64,000 nt of DNA, taken from assembly GCA_041640595.1 (NCBI GenBank), contig JBEPZY010000001.1, positions 1,201,195 to 1,265,194 of the forward strand. The letters run 5' to 3'. The position numbers and the translations under genes are program-made. Position 1 is the stretch's first letter, and each line of letters begins with the position of its first letter. Below are positions 62,946 to 64,000 of the stretch, piece after piece. Source of the stretch: Gemmatales bacterium (GTDB lineage: Bacteria > Planctomycetota > Planctomycetia > Gemmatales > HRBIN36). The notes beneath the pieces are model-generated. The model did no database searches, had not been told where the DNA came from, and saw only the letters and a list, made by a program, of their open reading frames with translations.

Positions 62946-64000
62946 ATGTCAACACTTTCACTACTTGCCGCAGAACTGCCGGTGAGCACCGCTGGCAGCT
63001 ACTTTGGACCGCTGTTGAGTGTACCTGTTCTGGTGCTGCTGAACGCCTTTTTCGTGGCAGCGGAGTTTGCCCTGGTCATGGTTCGCCGCACTCAGGTCGA
63101 AACCATGCGGCAACAAGGAGTACGCTGGGCCTGGGCGTTGCGGTGGTTGAAATGCCGGCTCGATCACGCCATCGCTGCCACCCAGCTGGGCATCACCATG
63201 ACCAGCGTCGGACTGGGCTGGGTGAGTGAGCCAGCCCTGGCTGACCTCCTGCAACCGCTTCTCCAATCGCTCTCCCCAGAGACGCGCTCCCAGACACTGC
63301 GAGCCACCTCGACAACGCTTGCCTTTGCTCTGGTGACATTTCTGCACGTGGCTTTCGGAGAATTGGCCCCCAAGGCCATCGCTTTGCAACGCCCGGCCAC
63401 GGTGGCCCTCTGGGTCGCCTGGCCCATGTGGCTCTTTACTCGACTGACACGACCACTGGTGTGGCTTATGAACGGCATCGGTAACCTGACAGTACGCTGT
63501 CTTGGTTTTCGCCAGATTGAGGACCGCGAAATGGTGCATTCCGTTGAGGAACTCGCCATGATTGTTGAAGAAATCGAAGAAGCTGGCCTGCTCTCGCCGG
63601 AACAGGCCGACTATGTACAAAACGTCTTCCGGCTCAGCCGCAAGACTGTCCGCGAATGTATGGTACCCCGCGACCGAATGGTGGCTCTGGAATTGCATAC
63701 CCCTCCCGACAAAATCCTCGAAGTTTGCCGAACCTCGGCCCACACGCGGATGCCTGTTTACGAAGGCCAGCTCGACAACATCATTGGCATCGTCAACACC
63801 AAAGACCTTTTCTATCTGTTCAGCTTGCGAGGCGTAGTCGTGCTCCAGGACGCTCTTTATCCCCCACTATTCCTCAAACCGGATCAGCCCATCGCCGATG
63901 CCCTGCGGCTATTTAAGCGAGCCCGACGGCCCATGGCGATAGTCCGCGATGAGGACGGCCAGGTACTCGGCCTTATTACCCTGGAGGACATCGTGGAGGA
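62946..64000 (+). CDS. HlyC/CorC (CNNM + CBS) family protein, runs off the window end
   Basis: Hand translation: LLNAFFVAAEFALV, ATQLGIT, GWVSEP, HVAFGELAPK, MVPRD, HTRMPVY, GLITLEDIVE. Confidence 0.93.
   Translation, partial: MSTLSLLAAELPVSTAGSYFGPLLSVPVLVLLNAFFVAAEFALVMVRRTQVETMRQQGVRWAWALRWLKCRLDHAIAATQLGITMTSVGLGWVSEPALADLLQPLLQSLSPETRSQTLRATSTTLAFALVTFLHVAFGELAPKAIALQRPATVALWVAWPMWLFTRLTRPLVWLMNGIGNLTVRCLGFRQIEDREMVHSVEELAMIVEEIEEAGLLSPEQADYVQNVFRLSRKTVRECMVPRDRMVALELHTPPDKILEVCRTSAHTRMPVYEGQLDNIIGIVNTKDLFYLFSLRGVVVLQDALYPPLFLKPDQPIADALRLFKRARRPMAIVRDEDGQVLGLITLEDIVE

Overview
Chromosomal window of a diderm bacterium, most likely a planctomycete (Gemmatales-like protein families; inference from protein style). 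Most of it is housekeeping: a Wza-type exporter, a sigma54 two-component pair, an LPS/heptose operon (lpxK, hldE, waaF, WaaP/WaaG-like), dnaK, pheA, a metal ABC transporter, cinA, asd, trpA, LysR-gltBD, glgC, an ABC exporter, a CPA2 antiporter, frr-pyrH, TolC and a CNNM/hemolysin. There are two accessory patches. The first (20.2-24.0 kb) holds a DUF6978-DUF1828 pair, an orphan DNA methyltransferase and two pseudogene remnants. The second (30.4-35.0 kb) holds ORFans and 74-bp and 71-bp tandem arrays. The most striking signal is non-coding. At about ten unrelated sites, a 20-40-bp piece of local sequence is duplicated around a 32-39-bp unrelated insert, and the copy offsets cluster at about 66 bp and at 71-75 bp. 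This is CRISPR repeat-spacer geometry imposed on non-CRISPR DNA, consistent with scars of ectopic spacer integration, although no cas gene lies in the window. Also notable: five phased DtxR/MntR-like boxes before an outer-membrane channel gene, a complete sigma54 promoter architecture on dnaK, and a BshC-like gene coupled to a GT2. All family calls come from visual motif recognition; no database search was run.
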